Assembly (NCBI GenBank): GCA_002633005.1
Contig: NMRA01000240.1
Span: 480,690 to 544,689, forward strand
From: Phoronis australis
Taxonomy: Eukaryota > Animalia > Phoronida
Length of the DNA stretch: 64,000 nucleotides
Reading direction: 5' to 3'
Part shown: positions 1 to 12,140 of the stretch, in pieces
Position numbering within the stretch: the stretch's first letter is position 1
How the letters are laid out: each line of letters opens with the position of its first letter
Position numbers and translations under genes: made by a program
Notes under the pieces: generated by a model
Database searches by the model: none
The model's input: only the letters and a program-made list of their open reading frames with translations
What the model was told of the DNA's origin: nothing

Positions 1-1316
1 GACCAAGGCGTGGGCCGAAACTGTTAAGCACCCAGCGTGTTCCATTTGTCTGCTGCGTTTTTCCTTTGACCTAACAGATGTCGGTTAGTGCCTGGGACAA
101 ATAGATACATTGCATAAACAATCCCTGGGTTGCTTTTTGTTCCGTCTGAAGAAATTTTAATTTCGAAAATATCTTCTGAAAATGAACAAAAAAGTGCATT
201 AGTAAAATCAACAAGTTTTTAAGTGGTCTCAAAAAAACAGTCGGCAAATGCATTAATTTTAGTCTCAGTTCTTCCACGCGTGTTTCTCCCGAGAGGTTAG
301 AACCTAACGTGCAGACGAGCGTTCCAAATTGGAACGCTAAGTCCCGCGTGGCAGCGCTGCACGCGAAACAAGATGGCGGACGACCTTAGAAGACTGACGA
401 CGAGAGGTAATCGGACTATAAGACATTTGATCGTTTGGTTGTTTGATTAAAGTAATCTTTTAAGAGGGCGCTAGCATAGTTTCTCTTTGTAGTTGATTAC
501 TTAATTAACAATAGGTTTCATTTGTCTAATTAGGGGTTATCATATAATAAATTAATTACTGGATTTGATTATTCACTCTCCATCTACGCACAACTTCAAA
601 GCATAGCTACCTTTTAAACAAACCCACACAGACTATCGTCTGACACCCAGCACACACTCCGAAACGCTTCACAGGCATTTTGGTTGCTAAAACATGTTCG
701 CTGGTTCACGACAACCAAAATGTACTCTCGGGGAAAGACATACAAACAGCTCCAGGCTGCAAAGGTGTCCTCAGTAACGTAGGTACGTTTCCTTAGAATG
801 ACGCCGTCGAGAGAAATGGCTCAAATTGGGAATCTACTGAGATGATGAACAGCTAAGTAATAAATGCTGGGTTGACGTTCCGTTTTTAAGCCTTACACGG
901 CTTTTTTCCTTCGCAAAGTGCAATTGATGGCCTTGTGACATTTGAGACTAGATCTGACAGTGGGATCTACAATAAATTAGCCCGAAAGCCTTCAAATGAG
1001 GCGATTGTCTCATTTTTGTGAGCGCCCACTTCTTTTGAGCTCGGTTTATACCCATTGCACAGTGAAGATGAACAATGAAGCGTTAGTTTAACGGCTTGGT
1101 TACGCAGACGAGCTTGATAATGCAACTCGGGGAGGTCCAAACAGACTGAGAGTGTGAATAAGGAACAGTACGATGGCACAGCACAGGCAATCAGCACTAA
1201 ACTTATTCCGAAGCCCTTGAACAAGTACTTTTGTGCCGTCAACTTATTTGCAGACAACTTGACGAACAAGTGATCACTTCGCATGAAATAAATCAAAAAT
1301 GAATAATTCCCATTAC

Positions 1317-1676
1317 CATAGGCGCACCCAGGGGGTCGGGGGTTCGAACGAGCATCCCCATTTGGCGAAGTCTTATTAGATACTTCAAATATATAAACGT
1401 TGAGGTTGGCCAGTAGAGAAATATATCAAATAAACACAAAAAATCAGGAACCTCAACTGGGAATCGAACCACAGGTCTAGTGCTCTTAACACCGGTTGAC
1501 AAAAAGGTCTGTCTCAGAGAAACACAAACTCCAAAAAAGTAGAAAACGAGACAAAAGTCCACTAAAAAGCCTGAAACTACCAAAATTCGGGGAATGCACA
1601 ATTTATACTTCTGCCAACGTTAACTCCACACTCTCAAAAATTCGAGCCACCCGTTTTTAGGCTGGATGCTTGCATG
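1317..1676. mobile_element. MITE family A (opposite orientation, with an internal insert)
   Basis: CATAGGCGCACCCAGGGGG...CCCCATTTGGCGAA...AAAAAGTAGAAAACGAGACAAAAGTCCACT...CTGGATGCTTGCATG. Confidence 0.7.
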
Positions 1677-2222
1677 AATACAGCTGTCTTTAAACACAAC
1701 ACTAGTAATACATTTGTCAATAAATCCATTGCAGTAGGGGCCCCCCTCATAATTTGCAGGCGTGCCGGTCAAACCACGGCTTAGGGACAAGGCAGCTCAG
1801 GAAAGAAATGCAGTGGCACATATATTTGTTGGGGCCCCAGTATTTCCACTTCAGATGTCTACACTTGTTATTACATTCAAGATGACAATGGGGACCCCCC
1901 CCCCCAACATGGAATAATATAATAGTCATCTCTCCTTCTCTTCCTTTTCTGCTGAAATCGTATTTCACTTGATATGAATTAGGAAGGTGGACGAGAGGGA
2001 TCCTCGTGATAGCATCAATTGTTGATCATTTTTTTGTTTTTGGTATTATATATCTTCTCATATTTAAGGAGCTCCGCCATGGGAAGGGGTGTCATTAGTC
2101 CAACCTTTTCCTACTGTTTATTCATATCCTTCCCCACTCACTGATGGAGGCCGCAATGATTGAGTCAACTGGACGGTCTTTTTCTGATTTTGTGAAATCT
2201 ACCTGTTCATGTTCAGAAAGGT

Positions 2223-2287
2223 TACCTGTTGGAGGGTCACCTGTTGGAGGGTCACCTGTTGGAGGGTCACCTGTTGGAGGGTCACCC
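2223..2287. repeat. 15-bp tandem repeat (CACCTGTTGGAGGGT) x ~4.3
   Basis: Direct reading. Confidence 0.95.
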
Positions 2288-3198
2288 AATGGTGGATTTA
2301 TCTGCCGTAATTTTCCATTTTGTAATGTTAACGCCATTCATATTAAGGAGCCCTCTCTTCCCCTCTTCTGTAAGGATGGCACAGGGCACTGTAAGTGTCT
2401 TCTCTCAACTATTCACCAAGTGAAGTAAAATGCACATAAAATTTCAAACTGGTCTAGAATACTACATAACTTAACATGTGGAGAGCAGGGGCATCCAGAG
2501 ACACCGCTTCAACAACCAAAATGTGATTTTGTATAGAAAAAAAATAATAGTATTGACCACCATCAGACGACTTAAGTTTGAAGAATTTGAAAACGAGGAC
2601 TAGTACTAGTGAATTAAACAGAGACAACATTGCCAATGGTTTTATAAGTAAACATGAAAATGTTGATACCTCTTCTCAAAGAAATCCACAATACAGTTTC
2701 TTTTCAACACTACTATCAGAAAAGCAGTGTATGAAGACGGTGTTGCTTGTAGGATATTCACACCTGTCACTTATCACTGTGTAAAATGTACATGTCTAAC
2801 ACATTAAAGAGCTTAAAGCACTGGCAACTGTAAATAAATATTTCTGTGATTTTTGGAAAACAAGTTTTATTCACAAACCCTATCAGTTTACCACTGGAAT
2901 GAAGCAGAATACATTGTACACAAACAATCTGCAAATTTTCAATGGAGTGTACTCCACAGGTTGAGGGCAAAACTTTGAGGAGGTCGAAATAGTTTGTGAC
3001 TTCCTAGTATTTATCTTCTTATGAGCCTGAGTAGATAAAGATAATAGCAATGGGAAATTGAGCAATTTAGCAATTTGGGCATTTGAGGCATAATTAACCA
3101 GCACCTGATAAATACCTCAATTTTCACTGGGAACACGAGGGACCAGAATAATTAGTGAATGGTCCAACAATGGAGTGTATTAACAACACACTAATGAA

Positions 3199-3438
3199 TC
3201 ACTTTGACTTTTCCTTGGCCTTGTTTGTGTCAGGCCTGCAGTGTACATAACAGTAAGCTGTGGCTCCAAGGGCAACAAAACAGCCAACAACAGCAACATA
3301 CTCAAGGTGATTAGGGTAAGGTGTACCACAGATGGTGTACCAGCTGTCTCCCTCTTGGGGTTCCTCTGAAGTGCAGTGGAAGTCAAAGTAACCCTCATCA
3401 TAATCACTGAGACACAGGTACTTCCTCTTAGACAACAC
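3199..3438 (-). CDS. Last coding exon of multi-pass membrane protein gene (DUF7802-like, uncharacterised)
   Basis: Acceptor ttcatttccAG at 3439-3440, phase 0; 240 nt: VLSKRKYLCLSDYDEGYFDFHC...WYTICGTPYPNHLEYVAVVGCFVALGATAYCYVHCRPDTNKAKEKSK-stop; joins in frame to exon 6055-6218. Confidence 0.9.
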   Translation of the reverse strand: MLSKRKYLCLSDYDEGYFDFHCTSEEPQEGDSWYTICGTPYPNHLEYVAVVGCFVALGATAYCYVHCRPDTNKAKEKSK

Positions 3439-3635
3439 CTGGAAATGAAACAATATCACAAACAAGGACTATATGTACAAACAACATGTACTAAACACTC
3501 AATGTGCTGATGATGTCACTCTCTAATTCCCCTTTATTCACAACATAGCTATAAAAGTACAGGGTCCAAAGGAATGACTTCTTTTCATCCATAATATATT
3601 GTATAACATGTGGGGTAAACAATTTCAATAGGCCT

Positions 3636-5001
3636 GGGACAGGTTACCCCTGAAATCAAGACAAACTCAATGAGAGTGTACCTGTAGCCAGGGGCAGGTT
3701 ACCTCTGAAATCAAAACAAACTCAATGAGAGCATACCTGTGGCCAGGGGCAGGTTACCTCTGAAATCAAGACAAACTCAATGAGGGCGTACCTGTAGCCA
3801 AGGGCAGGTTACCTCTGAAATCAAAACAAACTCAATGAGAGCATACCTGTAGCCAGGGACAGTTTAGTACCTATGAAATCAAGACAAACTCAATGACATC
3901 AAACCTATAGCCTTGGGCAGGTTACCTTTGAAATCAAGACAAACTCAATGAGAGCATACCTGTAGCCAGGGACAGTTTACCTATGAAATCAAGACAAACT
4001 CAATGAGAGCATACCTGTAGCCAGGGGCAGGATACCTCTGAAATCAAAGCAAACTCAATGAGAGTGTACCAGTAGCCAGGGACAGGTTACCTCGCAAAAG
4101 GTACCCACTCATCCAAGGCTTTACCGCAAACAGGTGGCACTGTGTATAATACCCCCACTTCGCTAACACTAGTTAGCGCTGGTTTAAACATTCATGTGTT
4201 TTGTTTATGTTGCGGGTAGATTAATCAGGCAAACAGCCTTCGATGTTGATAGACGTTGTTGCATTTTTTGTGAATTTTGTGTATAATTTGACACAACCCT
4301 TTTCAGGACTACGTATTATTCATTCGTTCCTTAAAGTATTTTAGTGTGATTTAGATTGAAGTGTTCCGGCATTAATTTCTAAAAGAATTGTATTTTCCTA
4401 GTGTTAAAACGGTAGTCAAACTTGGTTTGCATTATAGTCTGAGTTTGTCGTACACAAGGATACTTGACAGGTTCACTCAAGTAATCACGTTCACATGAAT
4501 AAAAAATTGCACTGCACTGAATCAAATTACATGTAAATAAAATGACATAAATTTTAACCAATCTGTTGCACTCAACTATTGGATTGGCGATCTTATTCAC
4601 CAAACAATAATTGATTTAAGCATGCACATATTCCTCCGATTCTTTGACATATGTTACGGAAAAGGTTACAATGGGTGATTATGAGACCAATAATTACAAA
4701 ATTCTTTACAATGAACACAAAATTTCACCTGAGGCTGATTGCCCAAATGAAGTTTCAAGTTCACGCAATAAAGCGACGAACCACGTGATTGGTGCAAAGC
4801 GGCACCTGGTTGCGGTAAAGCCTTGGATGAGTGAGTACCTTTTGCAGTTACCTTTGAAATCAAGACAAACTCAATGAGAGCATACCTGTGGCCAGGGGCA
4901 GGTTACCTCTGAAATCAAGACAAATTCAATGAGAGCATACCTGTGGCCAGCGGCAGGTTACCTCTGAAATCAAGACAAACTCAATGAGCGCACACCTGTA
5001 G
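3636..5001. repeat. 55-bp minisatellite, ~11 units, split by a transposon at 4093-4846
   Basis: Unit CAGGTTACCTCTGAAATCAAGACAAACTCAATGAGAGCATACCTGTAGCCAGGGG; ~8 units left and ~3 right of the insertion. Confidence 0.95.
4093..4846. mobile_element. Non-autonomous DNA transposon (754 bp) with ~50-bp TIRs and 7-bp TSD
   Basis: CGCAAAAGGTACCCACTCATCCAAGGCTTTACCGCAA versus TTGCGGTAAAGCCTTGGATGAGTGAGTACCTTTTGCA; exact GTTACCT at 4086-4092 and 4847-4853. Confidence 0.85.
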
Positions 5002-6054
5002 GCTGTTACAGTAATTCACTCAGTATCCCACTCTAATTTTTATCAAGTTGCACATTGACTTTTTCTGACCAAACTCAAAAGTTAAATCCCAATAAAATAA
5101 CCTTAACTGTGTCAAATCCTACAATAGATGGTTTGCAAACAAACAGTTTTTGTTGGGCATACATCTTCTCCACTGCACGCACCCAACAGATTTCTAGCAA
5201 GAGCAATGTGGAGCACTGAAATGCCCACAACTGCACCGCAAATGTTGTGTTTTCCAGGGGTGTTTTAGGATCATAAAAATGGGTGTTATGTAGATGGCGA
5301 AGAGTATGTCCAGCCATTCAAAGTTATGAAGGTGTCATCATCCCTATAATACAAAGGTATTTTCCAAATTTCATGAAAATCCACAAAGGAGCTCAAGAGA
5401 TACAGAGACAAACGTAACAACTATCATAAATATTGCCACTATGGATTACAGCAGCAGTCAGAACCGACCAAAAAATCAAGGGCAGTCCAAGATCCTGCAA
5501 AGGGTAAGGGAGATGCATATGTAAATGCAAAAAAAACAAAGCTCACCTTTATTTGGCACCAATCTAGTTGAACCTGTCCAAAAAATCAGTGTCGGCTACA
5601 GTCTACTCAGTGGAAACAAATCTGCTATAAATTTTCACATTCATTTGATACTTGGAACAGTTTGGCGGATAGAGAAGCAGATGCAACAAAAAGTAGAAAA
5701 TTTTTAAAATGTCCACTATGTGGGATAGAATAAGTCAAATCTGTTTGAAAATCGAAAGGTGTTGCAGTCTCCTAAAAAGAACCCATTTCATGGAAATTCA
5801 TCCAGGAACTCAGAAGATACATAGGCAAACGTGAAAACTAAAACTGTTGCTACAGGGGCACAACGGGATCAGTCCAAAATTTGCCGTCGTGTGTCATCAG
5901 CTTTGTATGGACGTATCTGCCAAATCTTGAGAGGATCAACAAGGGCTTTAGGAGATGCAGCAGCAGACGCCGAACGCTCAAACACAGATGACAGCAATAT
6001 GTATCCACATCAGTAAACATGTGTGGGCATATAGAAAGAAACTTTACTAGTTAC

Positions 6055-6218
6055 CTGTCCAAAGGCTGTGTAAACAGGTGAGGTAACATTACATGACCCA
6101 ACTGTCTCATGTAGACCAGTTGAACGCTGGCTCTCTGGTCGGGCAAACACCACCAAAAGTATGTAGAACACATAGTGAATCAGGGCAAGAATGCCTAACT
6201 CATCCAACAATGGCTTAA
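6055..6218 (-). CDS. Internal exon of DUF7802-like membrane protein gene
   Basis: ttgtAG acceptor (6219-6220), CAG|GTAACT donor (6053-6054); 164 nt, phase 1 to 0; (V)KPLLDELGILALIHYVFYILLVVFARPESQRSTGLHETVGSCNVTSPVYTAFGQ. Confidence 0.9.
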
Positions 6219-6276
6219 CTACAAGTAAAAAATAGAGTAGAATGAAAAAAGGAAAAAAAGTTTCTATTTGCACAAG

Positions 6277-6433
6277 CTTACTACATTGCTTACTACATTG
6301 CTTACTACATTGCTTACTACATTGCTTACTACATTGCTTACTACATTGCTTAATACATTGCTTACTACATTGCTTACTACATTGCTTACTACATTGCTTA
6401 CTACATTGCTTACTACATTGCTTACTACATTGC
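6277..6433. repeat. 12-bp tandem repeat (GCTTACTACATT) x13
   Basis: Direct reading; explains the CSKQ/LLHC/LLTT ORFs. Confidence 0.97.
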
Positions 6434-6863
6434 CAACTGAGTGCTTGAATTTTTACAAAATTAAGTGTTTTGATGATGGATAGCACCTACACACAATCAT
6501 ATTTTTGTTGAAAACACTTTACAAAAAGAAATTTCACTTGTTCACAATTTTACTGTACAACTGATTGAACTTGAAAAAGCATACAAATGTTGTAATACAA
6601 AATTCAAAGTATCCTTCACATAAGCAAAACAACAATTACAGCATAACATAAATAACTGCAATGAACTTGTCTGACTTAAATTTTTTCATCCTCTAAAATC
6701 ATCTTTGTTGTCCATCAAAATGACTTCAGAATAAAAAGCTAATTGATTACAGTAGTTTCAAAATTGGAAATGTATTATCAGGTGCTCTCTTGAGGCAGGC
6801 AAAATGCTTTATTAGCTGACCAATGAGAATAAAAGATAAGAGTTATTAGTCCTAAATTCTCAC

Positions 6864-7054
6864 CAGAGGCCTCTGTTGTGGTCCAGCCAAAATAGATAAT
6901 GACCATGTAAATGGCAAACAACAGAAAGACACAGTACTTTGTGTGAATCCCAAGATTGTCATGCAATGGATGGTAGTTAGGCAAGAACAGAAGAATGCCT
7001 CCAGGCATAGAGAATAATCCAGTGACCACAGTACAAGCCAGTTCAGTACCTAAT
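6864..7054 (-). CDS. Internal exon of DUF7802-like membrane protein gene
   Basis: tgttgtAG acceptor, G|GTGAGA donor; 191 nt, phase 2 to 1; LGTELACTVVTGLFSMPGGILLFLPNYHPLHDNLGIHTKYCVFLLFAIYMVIIYFGWTTTEAS. Confidence 0.88.
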
Positions 7055-7542
7055 CTACAACACATGGTGACATAGCTTATAACGTACAAGTGCAGAATGT
7101 ATTTCACCATCAATATATAACAATTTTTTGCTACAACATTTGATCTAAAAGACCAAGTGAAAAAATATTTTGTGAAAGTCCAACGCTCCAAATATGATGG
7201 ATGTCATTAAAAAAACAAAACCATTAATTTCATTGTGAATTTCAAGCAGAATGTCAGAACCAAACATCCACAGAACAAACACAAAGTCAAGCGTGATTTC
7301 AAAGTATGACTCCTTTAGTGCTTACAAACAATAACAACTTAGGCACATTTGATCAATCCAAATGAGGAAGCCTGGGAGTAAAATTTGTTTCATTTCTAGT
7401 TTTACATTGAAGAGTATGGGAAAATTTTGTTTGCTAAAGGGACGTCCATGTATTAAGAATTGTGCTTACTGCAGCACCTGACAATCACAAAAACATATTC
7501 CACTTTGAACACCGCATATAGTGTAATGAATAAAAGCATTAC

Positions 7543-7765
7543 CCTCGATATTGCCACTTGCCAGCACCCTGAGTGAGATATCTGTGGGAACCATGAAATA
7601 TGAATGCGAACGCTGCAGCAAAGGTAGCATGGAAGTAGTAACTAGTCCATGGCACCCAGTAATGGCGGTCATAAATATTAGGGTCAGTGTCGTGCCAGAC
7701 CCACCACATTAATTTAATTCCCATGATATCGAATGGAACATCTAACAGCACCACAGCAAGGCCAG
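7543..7765 (-). CDS. Internal exon of DUF7802-like membrane protein gene (conserved core)
   Basis: ctctttttcAG acceptor, GG|GTAATG donor; 223 nt, phase 1 to 2; GLAVVLLDVPFDIMGIKLMWWVWHDTDPNIYDRHYWVPWTSYYFHATFAAAFAFIFHGSHRYLTQGAGKWQYR. Confidence 0.92.
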
Positions 7766-7924
7766 CTGAAAAAGAGACAGTATCTACTGACTACCCCCTT
7801 TAATATTTCAGAAGAAACAGCTATGATTAAAATTTAATCACAAGTGAGAAGCATTATTGCAGTTTAGAGAATTGTCCCCTGGCCCAGTATCAATTGAAAT
7901 CAAAAACTTCCAAATAGTTTTAAT

Positions 7925-8142
7925 CAGAGGCGGATCTACAGGATGGGGTTCAGGGGCTTCAATCCCAACCCCCTCGGGACAAGATAAAAAATAAAAATTC
8001 AAAAAAATTACGCCAGAAAAATGATATCGGATACTGAAAACCACAAAAAATCTTACACGACCGTCCTTCTGCTGGGCGCTGGGCGCCTCGAATTCGCTCG
8101 AATCATAAACCCCCCCTTTCTGAAAATGTAGATCTGCCACTG
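7925..8142. mobile_element. MITE with CAG(A/T)GGCGGATCT termini
   Basis: CAGAGGCGGATCTACA...TGTAGATCTGCCACTG; related termini at 36310-36466, 54706-54861 and 55023-58096. Confidence 0.7.
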
Positions 8143-8519
8143 TTTAGTATCATAAAATTGGCCAATAGATGACACAGAATACGTCCAAACCATCCAAAAT
8201 TGGGAAGACGTCATTTCTCTAATGTCAAATTTTATAAAAATTCACCAAGGATCTCCAAATCACTGCTACTTCCCGGAATTGCACCCTCTGGGGTACGTTC
8301 GGAGGCACAGACGACAGTAGATGAAGGGCCTCCAGTCACTAAAGAGGCCATAGCTCGCAAGGCTACTCACTTCAAAAATGCACTTCTCAGGGGTGGCGAC
8401 GGGGCACTGCTGGAAATCAACAGCGATTATATGGCACACTTCTTCAGGCATTTTGTATGTTGTGGACGGTAATGCTGCGTTCTTCACATGAACGAGCAGG
8501 TACGGCAGAGCATGCCATC

Positions 8520-10493
8520 TTTCAGAAAGCTGTGTAATTGCATACCCAAAGTGTGCATGAGACGATAATGAGTATACCCCGGTACGCAGCAACCCTGCGG
8601 CATGACTGACTCGTAAACAAACGCAAACGAACTTATCACAACCTAGGCAAAACAATGACTAGCTCGACAGCTCACACAGTTAGACTATAGACAGATTCCA
8701 TTACGGAAACTGCGGAATTCCTGGGGAGCATCATATTGAAGTCACGCCATTACAGGCATGTCAGATTAAACACTGGAGTGTGTACAGTCTGCCTGTAAAA
8801 CAAGCCTTCTGAGCTGGTGTGCCTGCTTGTGTTTTGTATTTCGTAGCAGATCAGCTGATTTGAACACACTGACAGGAGGTAAAACCTATAGCCAGTACAA
8901 ATCGCACACTACTCCAAAGTATATAGTTACAATTGTACCAAATGGGTACATCAAATGGTACATATCTAAAGCATTTGGGGGTAAGTGCGTGTTGTGACAA
9001 ATACATAGTAGAAAAATTAGTATTTCATGAATACCTTTTACCCAAAGACAAAGTTATTGCAGATAGATGTTTTACTATTGATGAACTACTGTTTACAAGA
9101 CAAGTTAAGTTAAACATAACAGCTTTCACTAAAGGTAAGTCACACCTTACTGAAAAAGATCTGACAAAAATATGGCGCATTTCCACAGTAAGAATCCATG
9201 TAGAGCACGCAATACGAACAAGACTTAGTTTTCAAAATTTTGAGTACCATAATTCCAGTGTCAAGCACAAAATCAGTGGATAACTACTTGATTGTCTGTG
9301 CTGAGCTTTTGAACCTGCGTGCTGATCTTATCAGAGATCAAAATTTGGAAGACATGGACTAACTTATAGAGTATTTCTATTGCCCATTCCAAGTGGTAAC
9401 ATGTACTGTTTCCTTTGGGGAAAGTTGATATACAATTTGAGAAATTGCAATTTATACCACAGGTGTATTTGAAGCAAAGCATGCATGTATCATAATATAT
9501 GGCTCAAAGATGATGGCAACTGAGCTTGGCCAGAAAAATACCCAAACTACTTCAAGCAATCAAGTCAGTAAATGCTTTGTAAAGGTCAATTCTCTTAGCC
9601 TCAACTTCGTCCATGAGGCGTTCAAGAAATTTCTGAAACTAAAATGTATGCAACCGTGCAATAGTTTGCTCAACAAAGCTTTCACTGTATAGCACATCTG
9701 TACGGTCCTGGTCACGAACTTTGAAATTAGAACATGCTTCTGTTTTGTCCTAAAACAAGTGTCATCTAAGTCATTGTCAGTTCTGTACAAAACTAGTTTT
9801 GCTTTCTTAAGTCCAGTACAAAACATGGCTTTTGATACCATTTTTAAATGGACTGCTTGATGTGCGTATCGCCAGGACACTAGTGTTATTCAACTAAACT
9901 AAGTGACGCACAAAAACAATCTTAAGAACTGAGGGAAATTATAAGAAAGTCATCACAATGTTGCCATATTAGATAATGGTTATTGGCTCTGGGATGTTTC
10001 TCTGAACACTGTGTCATCCTCTTTAGAACGTGTGGATAGATTCCAGGGGACAGTTCAGCCTCAAGAAAGTAAACAAATCAAAAAAGTACATGACCAACGC
10101 TGGAACAGATCCATTTGAAATAATTAAAACTTAAGTTAGAATAATAAACAAACAACAAATTCATGTCACATCACAGACCTTATATAACCCAGGAATACGA
10201 CTTTGAAAAGCTCACTAAATTAACATGCTGAACAGCTGTGTTGTTCTTGTTTTGGACAATGGCTGACTTAGGTATGTGAATCCTGTGGCTGTTTTGTAAA
10301 CTATAGTACGAAGTTACACAATCTCTGTCTACATGAAAACAAAATGGCGGGAAATTCTTAACTCCCTAAACATCAGTAAGGCATGACTTCATTGATAAAA
10401 TTACGGGAAGCTATTATTAACAGAAAAATATGTCTGGGGTAATCAATGAACCGTATTTTTACTAAAAATAACATGAAAAGGTTGCCTTCTCCT
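8520..10493. mobile_element. Kolobok-like non-autonomous element, copy 1 (interrupted by ISL2EU)
   Basis: 8520-8688 plus 10331-10493 align to the contiguous 13990-14335; right end GGTTGCCTTCTCCT|TTAA resembles the terminus at 41733; left end not defined. Confidence 0.65.
8689..10330 (+). mobile_element. ISL2EU/Harbinger-type transposon relic
   Basis: Ends AGACAGA.../...TCTGTCT, flanks AT/AC. ORF 8933-9283 is DDE_Tnp_4-like (DKYIV, DKVIADRCFTI, LNITAFTKGK, ISTVRIHVEHAI); convergent ORF 9560-9880 (MFCTGLKKAKLVLY) is weakly YqaJ-like. Confidence 0.75.
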
Positions 10494-10499
10494 TTAATA

Positions 10500-11830
10500 G
10501 GATCCATCAATTGGATCTTCAGATATCATTCGGAAATGATCTTCCTCCAAACATCACTGCAAAAGCCCCATGTCGAAAACTAAATGGTCACTAAGAGGCG
10601 CTACAGTGGTTGAATTAGCCCAAAAATTTAATGGTGCCTTCGGATTACCCTAACATAGCTCTGTATCAACTTTCATTGAAATCCCTCCGGCTTCACTCAG
10701 TTTCCAACATATCCAAAAACCTTCTCACACGAAATGCCCACTAAGAGGAACTGCAGTTGTCAAATCAACACGAAAATCAATTGATGTTAGGGTAACCTCA
10801 TAACATACCTCTGTGTAAAGTTTCAATAAAATTTGTTAATTGGTTCTTTAGATATCATCCAGAAACATTCTTCCCCCAAACAACACTTCAAAAGCCCAAG
10901 TGATGTCAAAAACAACATGCCCACATAGCACTACAGTGGTTGAATTGGCCCAAAAATTAATGGTGCCGCTGCAATGTCATCACAAACCTCTGAGTCATCT
11001 TTGATTGAAATCCTTCTATCAGTTCTCTGTACATATCATTCGGAAATGCTCTCGCGCAAAATGGCCGCTAGGAGGCACTACAGCAGTTGAATCAAATGGT
11101 GCCAGTGCAATCTCATAATAAATATACCTCAGTCTGTGTCAAGTTTCAATAACATCTGTTATTCAGTTCTTTAGATATTATCTGCAAACCCACTTCTTCC
11201 AAACACCATTTCAATTAAGAGTCCATGTCAAAAAATAAATTGGCTACTAGGAGGTGCTATAGTGGACGAATCCACCCGAAAATTTAATGGTGCTGCCAAA
11301 TTGTCATCACACACACACACACACACACACACATCAATGTCAACTTACATTAAATTCCTTAATTTGGTTCTGTACTGTTATCATCTGGAAACACTCTCAC
11401 ACAAAATGGCCACTAGGAGGCAATGCAATAGACAAATCCAGCCAAAAGTCAAATGGGGCTAGCACAATCTCATCATATGCCTATGTCAAGTTTCCGTGAA
11501 ATCCGTCAATCGGTTATTTAAATAAAATACTCTTCCCCCAAAAAGCACTACAAAAACCCACGTCGAAAACAAAATGGTGACTACGCTACGAGGTGCTACA
11601 GTGGTCAAATCTGCCCGAAAATTTACTGATGCCACTGCATTATCATCACAAACCTCTGCATTATCTTTCATTGAAATTCTTCAATCCGTTTTCTACACAT
11701 CATCCAGAAACACATAAAAATACAGAATAAGCAACCCCCCCGACTCCAGGGTGCACGGCAGATTGAAAAGTGGCAAGAACCGTTCAAGTGACTCCCTACA
11801 CCCTTGTGTCAAATTTCATCAAAATCTGAT
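10500..11830 (+). repeat. Degenerate tandem array of ~150-185-bp units (Helitron/Helentron-associated type)
   Basis: About 7 units with AAATGGCCACTAGGAGGCRCTACAGTGGTTGAAT...AATTTAATGGTGCC...TTTCATTGAAATCC; (CA)n at 11309-11332; similar older material at ~5010-6035. Confidence 0.7.
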
Positions 11831-11902
11831 CAGGGTTTTTTTTTAATATTATTCTTCAATGCAAAGGTAATAGAGCAACATGAACATTGATACATGCCCA
11901 CA

Positions 11903-12140
11903 GAGCACCACAAACACCATGGGTCTAGGGGTGCTTGTCCCTGAGCACCACAAACACCATGGGTCTAGGGGTGCTTGTCACTGAGCACCACAAACACCAT
12001 GGGTCAAGGGGTGCTTGTCACTGAGCACCACAAACACCATGGGTCAAGGGGTGCTTGTCACTGAGCACCACAAACACCATGGGTCAAGGGGTGCTTGTCA
12101 CTGAGCACCACAAACACCATGGGTCAAGGGGTGCTTGTCA
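11903..12140. repeat. 40-bp minisatellite x6
   Basis: GAGCACCACAAACACCATGGGTCAAGGGGTGCTTGTCACT, no spacers. Confidence 0.97.

Noticed and set aside
2122-2428. GDPPT/GGSPV repeat ORFs
   Set aside because: Products of a 15-bp tandem repeat open in several frames; no splice or homology support.
6010-6486. ORF with (CSKQ)n as a Cys-rich or metal-binding protein
   Set aside because: The repeat lies upstream of the splice acceptor at 6219-6220 (intronic); only 6055-6218 is exon.
11903-12140. CRISPR-like appearance of the 40-bp, 28-bp, 19-bp and 55-bp arrays
   Set aside because: Units are head-to-tail with no unique spacers, there are no cas genes, and the context is eukaryotic.
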